In this document: one piece after another, positions 1 to 9,826 of the stretch
Layout of the letters: every line of letters starts with the position of its first letter
Numbering within the stretch: the first letter of the stretch is position 1
Source: Candidatus Woesearchaeota archaeon
GTDB lineage: Archaea; Nanobdellota; Nanobdellia; Pacearchaeales; GW2011-AR1
DNA length: 48,611 nucleotides
Direction of reading: 5' to 3'
Assembly (NCBI GenBank): GCA_964526265.1
Contig: CAZGIL010000002.1
Coordinates: forward strand, 1 to 48,611
Position numbers and translations under genes: made by a program
The notes under the pieces: model-generated
Told to the model about the DNA's origin: nothing
Seen by the model: only the letters and a program-made list of their open reading frames with translations
The model's database searches: none

Positions 1-51
1 TTGTTTGAGCAATTGCTCAAGTTTTTTAAGTAGCTTTACCTCTTTTTTCAT
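1..51 (-). CDS. 5' end of a gene running off the left edge (MKKEVKLLKKLEQLLKQ...)
   Basis: ATG at 51..49 on the minus strand, preceded by a GAGGTG RBS-like motif (complement of 60..65). Open to the window edge. Only 17 codons are visible. Confidence 0.25.
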   Translation of the reverse strand, partial: MKKEVKLLKKLEQLLKQ

Positions 52-168
52 ACTAATTTCACCTCGAAATTAGTAAGTTCTCAGGGTAGATTAACTTTGC
101 CCTGAGGACATTTTCAACAGAGCCTGTCTGGGAGTTAATTATTTATATTTGGTTTTTATGGTTTTTCT

Positions 169-1203
169 ATGGGTTTAAACATAAGGGAGATAATACCTCG
201 TAACGAGATTGAAATCTCGGATCTAAAGGGTAAAATGGTTTGTGTGGATGCATTCAATTCTCTCTACCAGTTTTTATCTACAATTCGACAACCCGATGGG
301 ACTCCTCTAATGGATGATGAGAAAAGAATTACAAGTCACCTCTCTGGGATTTTTTATAGAAACGTTTCTTTGCTTTCTGAAGGGATAAAGCTTGTCTATG
401 TATTTGATGGGAAAGCTCCCGCATTAAAAGTTAAAACTCATAAAATAAGAAAAGAGGGAAGAGATGTTGCAGAGGGAAGATACGAGACTGCTAAGAACGA
501 GGAGGATGTAGAAGGTATGAGAAGATATGCAAGTCAGTTAGTTAGACTTAATGATGAGATGATTTCTGAGAGTAAAGAGCTTTTGGAAGCAATGGGAATT
601 GCGGTTGTTCAGGCGCCTTCTGAGGGAGAAGCCGAAGCTGCGCATCTTTGTAGAGTAAAAAAAGAAGTTTTTGCTTCGGTAAGCCAGGATTATGATAGTT
701 TACTTTTTGGAACTCCCCTTTTGATTAGAAATTTAACTCTTGCAAGAAAAAGAAAATCGTTTGGGGGGTGGGTGGAAGTTAAGCCAGAAATTATTGAATT
801 GGAAAGGGTTTTGAATCTGCTTGAAATTGATTTGGATCAGCTTATCTGTTTAGGAATTTTAGTTGGTACGGATTACAATCCAAAAGGAATTCCCGGGATA
901 GGACAGAAGAAAGCTCACATCCTCGTTAAGAAATTTAAACAGCCAGTTTTAATCTTTAAGGAAGTTGAGGAGCAATTGATGAGCCTACCAGAAGAAGACC
1001 AATTTAATTGGCAAAAGATATTTGAAGAGTTTCATCGGCCGGATGTTTCTGATGTAAAAGAGTTTAAATTTGGTAAAGTTGATGAGGAAAAAATAAGAGA
1101 GATACTTATTAACCGTCATCAGTTCTCTGAAGATAGAGTTGAGAAACAATTAGAAAAGTTGAGGAAACTGGCAGAGCAGAAAAAACAGAGGACGCTGTTT
1201 TAG
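169..1203 (+). CDS. fen: Flap endonuclease 1 (FEN-1, XPG/Rad2 family)
   Basis: 344 aa. N-terminal MGLNIREI...VDAFNSLYQFL XPG-N region, acidic SEGEAEAA motif and H3TH-like GTDYNPKGIPGIG are typical of archaeal FEN-1. Confidence 0.9.
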   Translation: MGLNIREIIPRNEIEISDLKGKMVCVDAFNSLYQFLSTIRQPDGTPLMDDEKRITSHLSGIFYRNVSLLSEGIKLVYVFDGKAPALKVKTHKIRKEGRDVAEGRYETAKNEEDVEGMRRYASQLVRLNDEMISESKELLEAMGIAVVQAPSEGEAEAAHLCRVKKEVFASVSQDYDSLLFGTPLLIRNLTLARKRKSFGGWVEVKPEIIELERVLNLLEIDLDQLICLGILVGTDYNPKGIPGIGQKKAHILVKKFKQPVLIFKEVEEQLMSLPEEDQFNWQKIFEEFHRPDVSDVKEFKFGKVDEEKIREILINRHQFSEDRVEKQLEKLRKLAEQKKQRTLF

Positions 1204-1211
1204 AAATTAAT

Positions 1212-1487
1212 TTAGTGTCTTCTATATCCTACAATCGCATCTCCGTGGAAGATGGGAACTTCTTTTGGCATTTTTGGTTTTTGATTTTTAGCAACAAGTA
1301 TTGCTCCAACTGCAACGATAAAAATACTTCCAATGATTACATACAATTGAGGAATTTTTTCTATAATTGGAACTAGTGTTTTTAGTTGAGGAATTGTCGC
1401 GATGGCCATTCCGATTAGACCAATAACTGCAAGAACGTACCCAACTATTTTATTCACCTCTACCATGGTATTATATGTTTTTGGCAT
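1212..1487 (-). CDS. Small membrane protein (2 predicted TM helices), unknown function
   Basis: 91-aa ORF with two long hydrophobic segments. No recognisable domain. Confidence 0.4.
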   Translation of the reverse strand: MPKTYNTMVEVNKIVGYVLAVIGLIGMAIATIPQLKTLVPIIEKIPQLYVIIGSIFIVAVGAILVAKNQKPKMPKEVPIFHGDAIVGYRRH

Positions 1488-1610
1488 TTATATTCTTTAC
1501 TATACAAAACTGACTTCGCCAAATTTTTTACCGTACGGGATTATTATTAAATAAATAATTTTTATGTTGGGTGTACAAACAATTTTAAACTCGTCAGACT
1601 TTTTAATAAA

Positions 1611-2408
1611 ATGGTAAAAGAGAGTCATCGTTCGTATGTTGTTTTTGGAAATGTGGCTGTTGTAAACTTTCTTTATGGTTTTCCTTCCGCAGAGAAGAAG
1701 AAATTTGCAAAGAAAATTATGAAAGAGAATTCCGCGATAAAAACGGTTTTAGAAAAATCAGGGAGATTTAAAGGCAGATTAAGAAAAATGACAACAAAAT
1801 ATCTTGCTGGAGAAAAAAATAAAGAGGTTTTGTACAAGGAGAATGGTTGTGTTTTTAGATTTAATATAGATACTACCTATTTTTCTCCAAGATTAAGCAA
1901 CGAAAGGAAGGAAATTGCGGATTCAATAAGAAAAAATGAAGAGGTTTTAGTGATGTTTGCGGGTGTTGCTCCATTTTCAATTGTTATTGCTAAAAACTCT
2001 CGGGCTAAAAAGGTTATTTCAAACGAGATAAATCGGGAGGCAAATAAATATGCTCAATTAAACATACAACTTAACCATCTTAAAAATAAGGTTGAACTTG
2101 TTTCTGGAGATATTAAAAAACTATCCGAGAAGATGAAGAAACAAAAAAAGAAATTCGATGTTATTGTGATGCCACGTCCTAAATTGAGAGATAGCTTTTT
2201 GAAAGAGGCTTTTATGTTAAGCAAGAAAGGAACTCGAGTTTATTATTATGATTTTTGTAAAGTTGAGGATATTGAGAAGATTGTTGAGAAAGTTAGGATT
2301 GAAGCAAAAAAAGCTAAAAAGAAAATAAGAATTCTTAAGGTGAAACCGGCTGGGGAGACGGCTCCGTACAAGATTCGGCTAAGGGTTGATTTGAAGGTGT
2401 TGAGTTAA
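1611..2408 (+). CDS. trm5: tRNA (guanine37-N1)-methyltransferase Trm5/TYW2-like (Met-10+ family)
   Basis: FRFNIDTTYFSPRLSNER, SAM-binding VLVMFAGVAPFSI and VIVMPRP motifs in the order expected for Trm5-type class I methyltransferases. Confidence 0.7.
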   Translation: MVKESHRSYVVFGNVAVVNFLYGFPSAEKKKFAKKIMKENSAIKTVLEKSGRFKGRLRKMTTKYLAGEKNKEVLYKENGCVFRFNIDTTYFSPRLSNERKEIADSIRKNEEVLVMFAGVAPFSIVIAKNSRAKKVISNEINREANKYAQLNIQLNHLKNKVELVSGDIKKLSEKMKKQKKKFDVIVMPRPKLRDSFLKEAFMLSKKGTRVYYYDFCKVEDIEKIVEKVRIEAKKAKKKIRILKVKPAGETAPYKIRLRVDLKVLS

Positions 2409-2844
2409 TTCCGAGAAAATCATATGTGCTCCGGATTTCTTCTTCTGTTTCAGATACTTCTCCCCGGTGATTATGAATGTGTCTTGCGAGATTAAGTGTA
2501 TCCTTAAGATTTCTTCTTAGGAGGGGAGTATCTCTAAGATTATATTTTCCTCTGAGGAAGTTAATCTGTTCCTGGCTTAGTGTTATCTCCTCTGATTGAA
2601 TTGTTCCGTCTTCATATGCAGAGAGTCCAGTGGAATCTATTCCAAGCAATCCCACGATTTCTTCTTCCAGAGCAGAGATTCTTTCCTCTTCTAATACAAC
2701 CAGATTTTTGTGAAGGGTTCCCTGCCGTCTTCTACTTCGGGGGGGTCTTTTGTTCATTTCTATTCTTCCAACCACATCCGAGAAATCAAAAAATGCTTCG
2801 TCATATCCGAAGTGTCCTGAACCTCTCCAATAATCTCCTCGCAT
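2335..2844 (-). CDS. Hypothetical protein, co-directional and downstream of the HerA-like ATPase
   Basis: 169-aa ORF. Its 3' end overlaps the convergent trm5 3' end by 74 nt. No known motif recognised. An internal start (MNKRPP...) is possible. Confidence 0.35.
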   Translation of the reverse strand: MRGDYWRGSGHFGYDEAFFDFSDVVGRIEMNKRPPRSRRRQGTLHKNLVVLEEERISALEEEIVGLLGIDSTGLSAYEDGTIQSEEITLSQEQINFLRGKYNLRDTPLLRRNLKDTLNLARHIHNHRGEVSETEEEIRSTYDFLGINSTPSNQPLAESCTEPSPQPVSP

Positions 2845-2896
2845 TTTAATAATTCTTTTCTTCTCTTTTTAAATATTTCAGTTCTAGTAAATATAC

Positions 2897-4207
2897 TTAG
2901 AAATTTTCTTTTTCGCTTTTTACTGCGGTTGGAGCTTCTCCACCGTGCCAGGTAAATCTTGGACGGATACGCATAGGGTAAATTCTTTCGGAATTATCGT
3001 CAAGTATTATTGCTGAACCTTTCAAACTTGGAAGTTCGTCCATATATTGTTTTATGCTCTCTAAAAGATAGCTCTGCATTATTTGATTTAATGCCTCTAA
3101 ATCTGGAGCGGAGGTAACTCTGTGTGAAATTACAATATCTGATTGGGTCATAACATCTCTATGAATTTGTCCGGGTTGTTGCGTTGCTAAAACCAAAGAA
3201 ATTCCTGGCTGTCTTCCTTCTCTTAATAGTTGAATAAGTGCATCGGTTGCAATTGTCTTTTCATGCAAGGGAAGAAATTCGTGAGCTTCATCAATAAATA
3301 TCCAAACCAGAGGAGTTTCCCTTTTTTCTTCTGAGAAAAGTTTCATTGAGGAAGAAACAGCTTTGATTTCTTCTTCTTTTCTCGCACTCATTCTTTCATC
3401 AAAAAGTTTTCTTGAAACAAGACTTATCACTAGCGCTCTTACGTTAAAACTTCCTACCGAGTTGTAAACACTCAAATCTAAAACGGAAGTTGTTCCTGCG
3501 GTTATTAAATCTCTTATTTTTGTTGCTTCTTTGACGTTCTTTGAAAAAATTCCCCAGGTATTTGCGGCTTCGAATAAACTTGCAGCAGCGTTTTTTATCT
3601 CTCTGTCACTTTTATTATCTTTTTCTATCTTTGCAATAACTTCTTCTATATTGAAAGCGCCCTCTTCTTTTAACTTTGCGATTGTTCTTTCAATTAAAAC
3701 CGCAACCGGATTAATTATGTTTAGTCCGAAAGTTAAAATCCAGTCCTCGGCTTCCATTTCGCTTGGGTCAAGGGCGAACTTTTCGTCTGCAGGAATTCCT
3801 TTGCTGGTGTACTTTTCATAATGTCCTTCTGGGACGAAAATTTTTACGGGAAGGTTTTGAGATTTTAGGCCCCATTCTTCTAAGAGATTTTTATCTTTCC
3901 TGTTTTGAAATTTCATAGTCCAGTAAATTCCCATTGTATCAAAGATTAGGGAGGCAATATTCTGACTTGCTTCTTTTGGCAAATTAGAAATTTCTTCTGC
4001 TAAGACTCCAAGAGTATATGATTTACCCGAGCCTCTTTTTCCTGCAACGAGGACAACATGGCTTCTTGCGATGTCCATAAATATTTTATTGCTTAGGGAG
4101 GTGTACTGTCCCATCTTTACATATCCCCTTCCAAGATAAACCAATCCTTTTTTACCAAGCTCTTTTTTTTCGGCTTCACCTCTTCCCAATATAATGTCAT
4201 ATGGCAT
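2897..4207 (-). CDS. HerA/FtsK-like P-loop ATPase (DUF87-type)
   Basis: Walker A GKRGSGKS and Walker B IFIDEAHEF. Length and layout are typical of archaeal DUF87/HerA-like ATPases. Confidence 0.7.
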   Translation of the reverse strand: MPYDIILGRGEAEKKELGKKGLVYLGRGYVKMGQYTSLSNKIFMDIARSHVVLVAGKRGSGKSYTLGVLAEEISNLPKEASQNIASLIFDTMGIYWTMKFQNRKDKNLLEEWGLKSQNLPVKIFVPEGHYEKYTSKGIPADEKFALDPSEMEAEDWILTFGLNIINPVAVLIERTIAKLKEEGAFNIEEVIAKIEKDNKSDREIKNAAASLFEAANTWGIFSKNVKEATKIRDLITAGTTSVLDLSVYNSVGSFNVRALVISLVSRKLFDERMSARKEEEIKAVSSSMKLFSEEKRETPLVWIFIDEAHEFLPLHEKTIATDALIQLLREGRQPGISLVLATQQPGQIHRDVMTQSDIVISHRVTSAPDLEALNQIMQSYLLESIKQYMDELPSLKGSAIILDDNSERIYPMRIRPRFTWHGGEAPTAVKSEKENF

Positions 4208-4327
4208 AAATGGGATAAATTATCTAGATTTTTATAGTTATTGATGTTGCTGTTATTCAAATCGGATACGTAAAATTACAGCATCGTTTTTCATAAGATT
4301 TATAAAGCGCTATATTTTAAAATAAAA

Positions 4328-5392
4328 ATGGTAGACGAAGAGAAGAAAAAAGAGAATTCTCCAGAAGAACATTCTAAGAAAGAACATTCCGCAGAGGAGC
4401 ACTCGGAACATCACGAGCACCATGAGGAGAGAAAGAAATCTTTTAATATCGCCAAGATTATGAAATCTAATCCGTGGATGTTTGCTACAGTTGTTTTGGC
4501 CGTTTTATCTCTGGTTCTTCTGATAGTTGTTGTTGCAGGGGGTTCATCAATTTCTGAAAAGAGTGCCGGAACCAAAGCAGTTGGTTTCCTTAATAACTAT
4601 GTTGTAAGTGACGGGGGAGTGACTTTAGACTCTGTAAATAAAAGTGAGGGAGCTTACGTGGTTACGGTTAATTATGATGGGAATAAACCGTCAGTTTATA
4701 TTTCTCTAGATGGTAGGTATATGGACTTTGGTAACGGGATGGTGAGTGTTGAGGCGTTTGTAGATGCACAGGAGAATCCTACTCCTACTCCCCAACCCAC
4801 GCCTACAGAAGTTCCTAAGTCTGCTAAGCCTGTTGTCGAACTATTTGTTATGAGTTATTGTCCTTATGGAACTCAGGCAGAAAAAGGAATTCTTCCTGTT
4901 GTCGCTCTTCTTGGAGATAAGATTGACTTCAAGTTGAGAGCAGTTCATTACGTTCTTCATGGAGAGAAAGAAACTCTGGAGAATAATAGGGAGTTGTGTA
5001 TAAGAGAAGAGCAAGGACAGGACATACTTAACAAATATCTTGTTTGTATCCTAGATTCTGATGATCCTTACAGTCCTAAAGACCCTGCTGCTTGTGAGAA
5101 AGAGGCTGGAGTGAATAGCGCTAAATTAAAGACATGTATGGCTAACGGAAAGGCGGAGGAATATTTCGCATTTGATTCTCAATTAAGTCAGGCTTATGGG
5201 GTTCAGGGAAGTCCGACTTTGATAATTAACGGGGTTAAATCAAACGCAGGAAGAAGTTCACAGAGTTACCTTGAGGGTATCTGTGCTGCTTTCTCCAGTT
5301 CTCCTGCAGAGTGTTCTCAAACACTTTCGAGTGCATCTCCAAGTGCGGGATTTGGTTATAATGAAGGTACAGATACTGTTGCTCAGTGTTAA
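4328..5392 (+). CDS. Membrane-anchored thioredoxin-fold (DsbA/glutaredoxin-like) protein with His/Glu-rich N-terminus
   Basis: One TM helix, a PTPTPQPTPTE linker, then FVMSYCPYG (monothiol CPYG in place of CxxC) and a GSPTLIING cis-Pro-like loop. Confidence 0.45.
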   Translation: MVDEEKKKENSPEEHSKKEHSAEEHSEHHEHHEERKKSFNIAKIMKSNPWMFATVVLAVLSLVLLIVVVAGGSSISEKSAGTKAVGFLNNYVVSDGGVTLDSVNKSEGAYVVTVNYDGNKPSVYISLDGRYMDFGNGMVSVEAFVDAQENPTPTPQPTPTEVPKSAKPVVELFVMSYCPYGTQAEKGILPVVALLGDKIDFKLRAVHYVLHGEKETLENNRELCIREEQGQDILNKYLVCILDSDDPYSPKDPAACEKEAGVNSAKLKTCMANGKAEEYFAFDSQLSQAYGVQGSPTLIINGVKSNAGRSSQSYLEGICAAFSSSPAECSQTLSSASPSAGFGYNEGTDTVAQC

Positions 5393-5426
5393 TAAGATTT
5401 ATAACTTATTTATTCTATCTTAACTT

Positions 5427-6053
5427 ATGAAAAAAAAGGATTATCTAATTTATGGATTTGTTCTTCTTGCTTTATTTTTAATCTTATTAATTTTTGTTTC
5501 TTTTGGATTGGTTAATGGGCTTGATAATTCTGTTAATAATTTTGTTCCCGGAATTGTTAGCTCTTCTCTTACTTCTTTAATGATTTTCTTTACTAATCTT
5601 ATGGAAAATGAGGTTGTAATGGTCTTTGCTTTAATTCTTATTGCCGTTTTGTTTATTTTGAAGAGAAAAAAAGAAGTTCTTCTTGTCGTAGGGACTTTTG
5701 CTTTTGCTGAAATTGTTAAGGAGGGGTTTAAGATTTTAATTCAGAGAGCCCGGCCTTTGAACTCTTTAATAAACGAAACCGGATTTAGTTTTCCTTCTGG
5801 ACATTCTACTTTTGCGATACTTTTCTTTTTGATAATCATTTATTTATTTAAGGATAGTATTAAAGATAATGTTCTAAGGTATTCTTTTGTTATATTCAAT
5901 CTTGTTTTAATTCTCCTCGTTGGATTTAGCAGAATTTATCTTGGAGTGCACTGGATTACAGATGTTGTTGGAGGGTTCTTGCTTGGAGGATTTGTTTTTT
6001 GTATGGGAGTTTATATTTTTAAGAATTATACTACCACTGGCTTGTCTAGATAA
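5427..6053 (+). CDS. PAP2-family phosphatase (undecaprenyl/polyprenyl-diphosphate phosphatase-like)
   Basis: Three PAP2 motifs are present: KILIQRARP, SFPSGHS, SRIYLGVHWITDV. The protein is polytopic. Confidence 0.8.
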   Translation: MKKKDYLIYGFVLLALFLILLIFVSFGLVNGLDNSVNNFVPGIVSSSLTSLMIFFTNLMENEVVMVFALILIAVLFILKRKKEVLLVVGTFAFAEIVKEGFKILIQRARPLNSLINETGFSFPSGHSTFAILFFLIIIYLFKDSIKDNVLRYSFVIFNLVLILLVGFSRIYLGVHWITDVVGGFLLGGFVFCMGVYIFKNYTTTGLSR

Positions 6054-7210
6054 TCAACTTCTTCTTGTGTTAACTTTAACTCTTTTCTTATTAAATTATT
6101 CTTTAGAATTTGTTTTATGAACGGGAATTCTTTAAGGGCTCTCTTTGAACCGATATGAACATAATCTGCGTATTTTTCTGCGATTGTTTTCTTTTTTGCA
6201 ATTCGTTGGTTGTTTATCCATATTTTTAGTATCCTTGTAGGTTTTTTGTAGGAAGTATATCCTACCTTTGCTTCTTTTTTTGCTGCAGAAATCCCGTAAC
6301 TCAAAAGGAAATTTTCGTAAACTAGGAATCTCCAGTATTGCTGTTTGTAAATTCTTCCTTTGAATATATCTGCACGACTTAAACACTCTACCGCTTTTAC
6401 TAATTCCCTTCCTTTGTATTCGGCAGAGATATTTTCTTCCATCCATAACATTATTTCATCAAGATTCATCTTTACAGAATCAAAAATTCCAATCGTTTCT
6501 CTTGTTGGTTTTCCTTTCAGAATCATTTTTAGTGCACTGAAGATGTCTACTTCTTTGTTTCTTTCATCTAGTGTTAAAATTGATGGATCTCTCATTCTCG
6601 AAAGAGATTGTATGTCATTAATCGCTGCTCTTAAATCTCCTTTTGCTCTTACCGCAACGCTTGTAAGAAGATTGTTATTTATGAAGAGATTTTCTTTTCT
6701 TAGAATACTTATCATAACATCTTTTATTGTATGGTAATCTACTTCTTTTACCTGGACCATTTCTGAAACTCTTCTTAAAACGTTGAATCTCTTATCCCAG
6801 ATGTCATTTGCGGTTAAGATTATTGGATATGGGCTTGTTTCAATCAGAGTTAATAACTCTTGTAACCCTCCTCTGTCAACTGCAGAGATTCCGTCAACTT
6901 CATCCACAAGGATTATTTTTCCGGTATCTGCAAGAGATTGTTGTTCTAAAGCGGGTTTTAGAATTTCTTTAAGTCTGTTTTTGTCTCTGAAATCAGAGGC
7001 GTTTAATTCAAAGATTTCTGAGTTGGTTTCTCTTGCTGCAACATGTGCGAGAGTTGTCTTACCTGTTCCAGGAGGACCGTGAAGAATGAGTGCTTTTTTC
7101 TTGTTTCTTTTAAAATCCTTAATAAAATTTTCAACTTTGCAAACTGCATCGTCTTGTCCGCATATTTCTGAGAACTTTCTCGGGCGATAGCGCTCTGTCC
7201 ACGGGCTCAT
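6026..7210 (-). CDS. rfcL: Replication factor C large subunit
   Basis: WTERYRP, Walker A GPPGTGKTT, DEVD Walker B, AAA+ clamp-loader layout. Lies adjacent to rfcS. Confidence 0.85.
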   Translation of the reverse strand: MSPWTERYRPRKFSEICGQDDAVCKVENFIKDFKRNKKKALILHGPPGTGKTTLAHVAARETNSEIFELNASDFRDKNRLKEILKPALEQQSLADTGKIILVDEVDGISAVDRGGLQELLTLIETSPYPIILTANDIWDKRFNVLRRVSEMVQVKEVDYHTIKDVMISILRKENLFINNNLLTSVAVRAKGDLRAAINDIQSLSRMRDPSILTLDERNKEVDIFSALKMILKGKPTRETIGIFDSVKMNLDEIMLWMEENISAEYKGRELVKAVECLSRADIFKGRIYKQQYWRFLVYENFLLSYGISAAKKEAKVGYTSYKKPTRILKIWINNQRIAKKKTIAEKYADYVHIGSKRALKEFPFIKQILKNNLIRKELKLTQEEVDYLDKPVVV

Positions 7211-7246
7211 TCTAATCCTTTCCTAATCCCGCTATCCTTGCAGTTA

Positions 7247-8209
7247 TCATTCTTTTCCCAGTCCTGCAAGGACAAAACTTGCTAATAATGCCTGAAGTTG
7301 TATGAATGGATCGCTGCCTTCAACTATTCTAAATTCTACTTCACCCGTTTTTTCTGTAAGCTTGACTTTTATTTCTGGTTCAATGGGCAAACCCCAAATT
7401 TCTTTTTGAATTGCTTTGATTACGTCTTGTCCTGAAATTGATTCTTTTAACATTACATCTAAAAGCTTTTCTCTTGCGTTTTGGAAATCTCCCGCAAGTG
7501 CATAATCTAAAACAACTTTTATGTCCTTTGGTTTCGCGTTAGAAATTATTGTAGAAACCAGTTCGGGATTTATTGAAGGGGAGATAGATGCTGTTGCTTG
7601 TAAAATGTTTATCGCTCTTCTGCAATCTCCCTCGCTTCCTTCATAGATTACTTCCATCGCTTCTGGAACCATTGTAAGTTTTTCTTTTTCTGCGATAGTC
7701 ATTAATCTTTTTTTAATATCTTTCTTTTCTAGAAGCTTGAATCTGAAAATGGCGCATCTTGATTGAATTGGGTCAATAACTTTGCTTGAATAGTTGCAGG
7801 AGAGGATAAATCTGCAATTTGTAGAATAATTTTCCATGGTTCTTCTTAAAGCTTGTTGGGCTTCGGGAGTTAAAGCATCAGCTTCATCAAGGAAAATTAC
7901 TTTGAAAGGAACGTTACCAATAGATTTTGTCCTTGCGAAGTTTTTAACTTTCTCTCTTACGGTGTTAATTCCTCTCTCATCGGAGGCGTTTAATTCAAGA
8001 TAGTTATCTTTCCAAGCTTCTTTGAAGAGTTTTTTAACTATAATTAGAGCTAATGTTGATTTACCGGTTCCTGCCGGACCCGCAAAAAGTAAATGAGGAA
8101 TGTTTAACGAATTTGTAAGAGATTCCACCCTTTTTACTATGTTGTCTTGTCCGACAACTTCTAAGAATTCGGTTGGACGGTATTTCTCTGTCCATATTTC
8201 GCTCACCAT
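7247..8209 (-). CDS. rfcS: Replication factor C small subunit
   Basis: WTEKYRP, GPAGTGKST, FLDEADAL, SRC motif (QSRCAIFRF). Confidence 0.9.
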   Translation of the reverse strand: MVSEIWTEKYRPTEFLEVVGQDNIVKRVESLTNSLNIPHLLFAGPAGTGKSTLALIIVKKLFKEAWKDNYLELNASDERGINTVREKVKNFARTKSIGNVPFKVIFLDEADALTPEAQQALRRTMENYSTNCRFILSCNYSSKVIDPIQSRCAIFRFKLLEKKDIKKRLMTIAEKEKLTMVPEAMEVIYEGSEGDCRRAINILQATASISPSINPELVSTIISNAKPKDIKVVLDYALAGDFQNAREKLLDVMLKESISGQDVIKAIQKEIWGLPIEPEIKVKLTEKTGEVEFRIVEGSDPFIQLQALLASFVLAGLGKE

Positions 8210-8243
8210 AATAAATGGTTAATTGGTTCACTTATAAAGATTA

Positions 8244-8576
8244 TTATGCTTTGGGAGATAGTTGCAAACCTTTTATATTACTTCTAATTTTTTCCGGAAT
8301 GTTTTTATCTTTTTTAAAAACTTCTAGGAGGTCTTCAGGGATCTTTCCCTCTAATTCTCTTATATCTACAATTGTAGGGGAGCTGTTTCTCTGGAATTTT
8401 AGGAAAATGTCTTTTTTTAACCAGTCTTTCTGAAAAACCGTAAATAAAATTTCTTCGGTTCCTTCAATATACTCTTTATATACCACTTCTATTCCGTATA
8501 ATATTCCCGGGCTTTTCGCTTCGGGCTTGGCGTATCCCCAGCTTATCATTCTTGGCCTATCTTTATAAATATCCAT
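8244..8576 (-). CDS. Hypothetical protein
   Basis: 110-aa ORF directly downstream of rfcS. No recognised motif. Confidence 0.4.
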   Translation of the reverse strand: MDIYKDRPRMISWGYAKPEAKSPGILYGIEVVYKEYIEGTEEILFTVFQKDWLKKDIFLKFQRNSSPTIVDIRELEGKIPEDLLEVFKKDKNIPEKIRSNIKGLQLSPKA

Positions 8577-8619
8577 AAAAAAGTAGATTTTCTTTGTTTT
8601 TAAGAATTTATCCTCAGAA

Positions 8620-8736
8620 TTACTTGCTTCTTTCTCTTCTTACTTTTCTCTTTCTCTTTTCCTTTCTAAGTCTTTTACGTTGCCATTTCCATCTCATCTG
8701 GCGTTTCTTTTTCCATCTTCTTGAGCTTCTCTTCAT
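8620..8736 (-). CDS. rpl41e: Ribosomal protein L41e-like micro-ORF (38 aa, MKRSSRRWKKKRQMRWKWQRKRLRKEKRKRKVRRERSK)
   Basis: Hand-translated. Below the ORF-track size cutoff. The extremely Arg/Lys-rich 38-aa peptide has the composition and MKR..W.KKR pattern of archaeal and eukaryotic L41e. Confidence 0.55.
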   Translation of the reverse strand: MKRSSRRWKKKRQMRWKWQRKRLRKEKRKRKVRRERSK

Positions 8737-8774
8737 AATTAATCTGCCGTGAAATTGGTTTAAAAAGATTGCTG

Positions 8775-9080
8775 TTAGTTAAGAGAAGGATTTACCCTGT
8801 CAATTAAAAGTGTGGACATCTTTGATTTTCCTTTGTTTGTTTCAAGAATTATGTCAAATGACTGCCCTGCAAAAGATTCCAGCGTGGCATATTTTCCCCT
8901 TTTTATTTCTGCTTTATAATTTTCTCCTTTCACATCTCTTTTCCCCTTTCCTCGCGTGTGCATATCAATCATATTCCAAATTAAAATTTCTCTGTCTTCT
9001 TCATTTAGTGTTCCGTTTGGATTAAGATAGATGTATTCCCATACTTTTCCCTTGTATATTAACTTACATGTAATTGACAT
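8775..9080 (-). CDS. Hypothetical protein
   Basis: 101-aa ORF. No recognised motif. Confidence 0.4.
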   Translation of the reverse strand: MSITCKLIYKGKVWEYIYLNPNGTLNEEDREILIWNMIDMHTRGKGKRDVKGENYKAEIKRGKYATLESFAGQSFDIILETNKGKSKMSTLLIDRVNPSLN

Positions 9081-9110
9081 TAAATTCTTTTCAAGAATGA
9101 GTTTAAATAA

Positions 9111-9767
9111 TTATCGGCTTCTTTTAACACCAATTCTTGGGCAGTATTCTCTAATCGGGCATTTACTACAAAAAGGAGAAACTGGCTGACAAATTGTTCT
9201 CCCGAATAGAACAAAGATTCCATTAAATTCGCACCAGTATTTTTTTGGTAAAATCTTTTCTAATTCAGCTTCTGTTTTTTCTGGGGTTTTGGTTTTTACC
9301 CATTCTAATCTGTTTGGAATTCTGTGGCAGTGGGTATCAATTGGTAAAACACATTGATTGAACGCAAAACTCAAGACTATGTTAGCTGTTTTTGGGCCAA
9401 CTCCTTTTATTGAAAGGAGAGACTCTTTGTTGTTTGGGACTCTTCCTTCGAATCGCTCAAGAATTTCTTTTGAAACGCTCTTTAGAGTTCTTGCTTTGTT
9501 TTTGTAATAACCCGAGGAGTAAATTATTTTTTCGAGTTTCTTTATGGGAATTTTGATAATTTCTTTTGGGGTATCTGCAATTTTAAAAAGTCTAGCTGCA
9601 ACTTTATCTGTGTTTTCATCTCGCGCTCTTAAACTTAAAAGACAGGCAATTAAAATTCTAAAAGGATTTGGATTTTTTCTCATTACGTTGAGGGTTGTTC
9701 TTCCCGTTGAAGAAAAGTGCTTTTCTAGAATTTCCATAATCTTGCCTATCTCTTTTGTGTCCGTCAT
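9111..9767 (-). CDS. nth: Endonuclease III (HhH-GPD DNA glycosylase/AP lyase)
   Basis: HhH motif LLSIKGVGPKTANIVL and C-terminal 4Fe-4S ligand pattern Cx6Cx2Cx5C (CQPVSPFCSKCPIREYC). Confidence 0.85.
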   Translation of the reverse strand: MTDTKEIGKIMEILEKHFSSTGRTTLNVMRKNPNPFRILIACLLSLRARDENTDKVAARLFKIADTPKEIIKIPIKKLEKIIYSSGYYKNKARTLKSVSKEILERFEGRVPNNKESLLSIKGVGPKTANIVLSFAFNQCVLPIDTHCHRIPNRLEWVKTKTPEKTEAELEKILPKKYWCEFNGIFVLFGRTICQPVSPFCSKCPIREYCPRIGVKRSR

Positions 9768-9826
9768 GGGGGTATTAGATTAGTTATCTTTTTAAATTTG
9801 ATTTGTGATTGATTTGTAGTTATTAG

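Noticed and set aside
2580-7082. Assorted 66-125-aa ORFs antisense to the HerA-like, PAP2 and rfcL genes (2580..2849, 3531..3821, 5920..6120, 6132..6446, 6360..6737, 6783..7082)
   Set aside because: All are embedded in, or antisense to, strongly supported genes. They have biased low-complexity composition typical of shadow ORFs.
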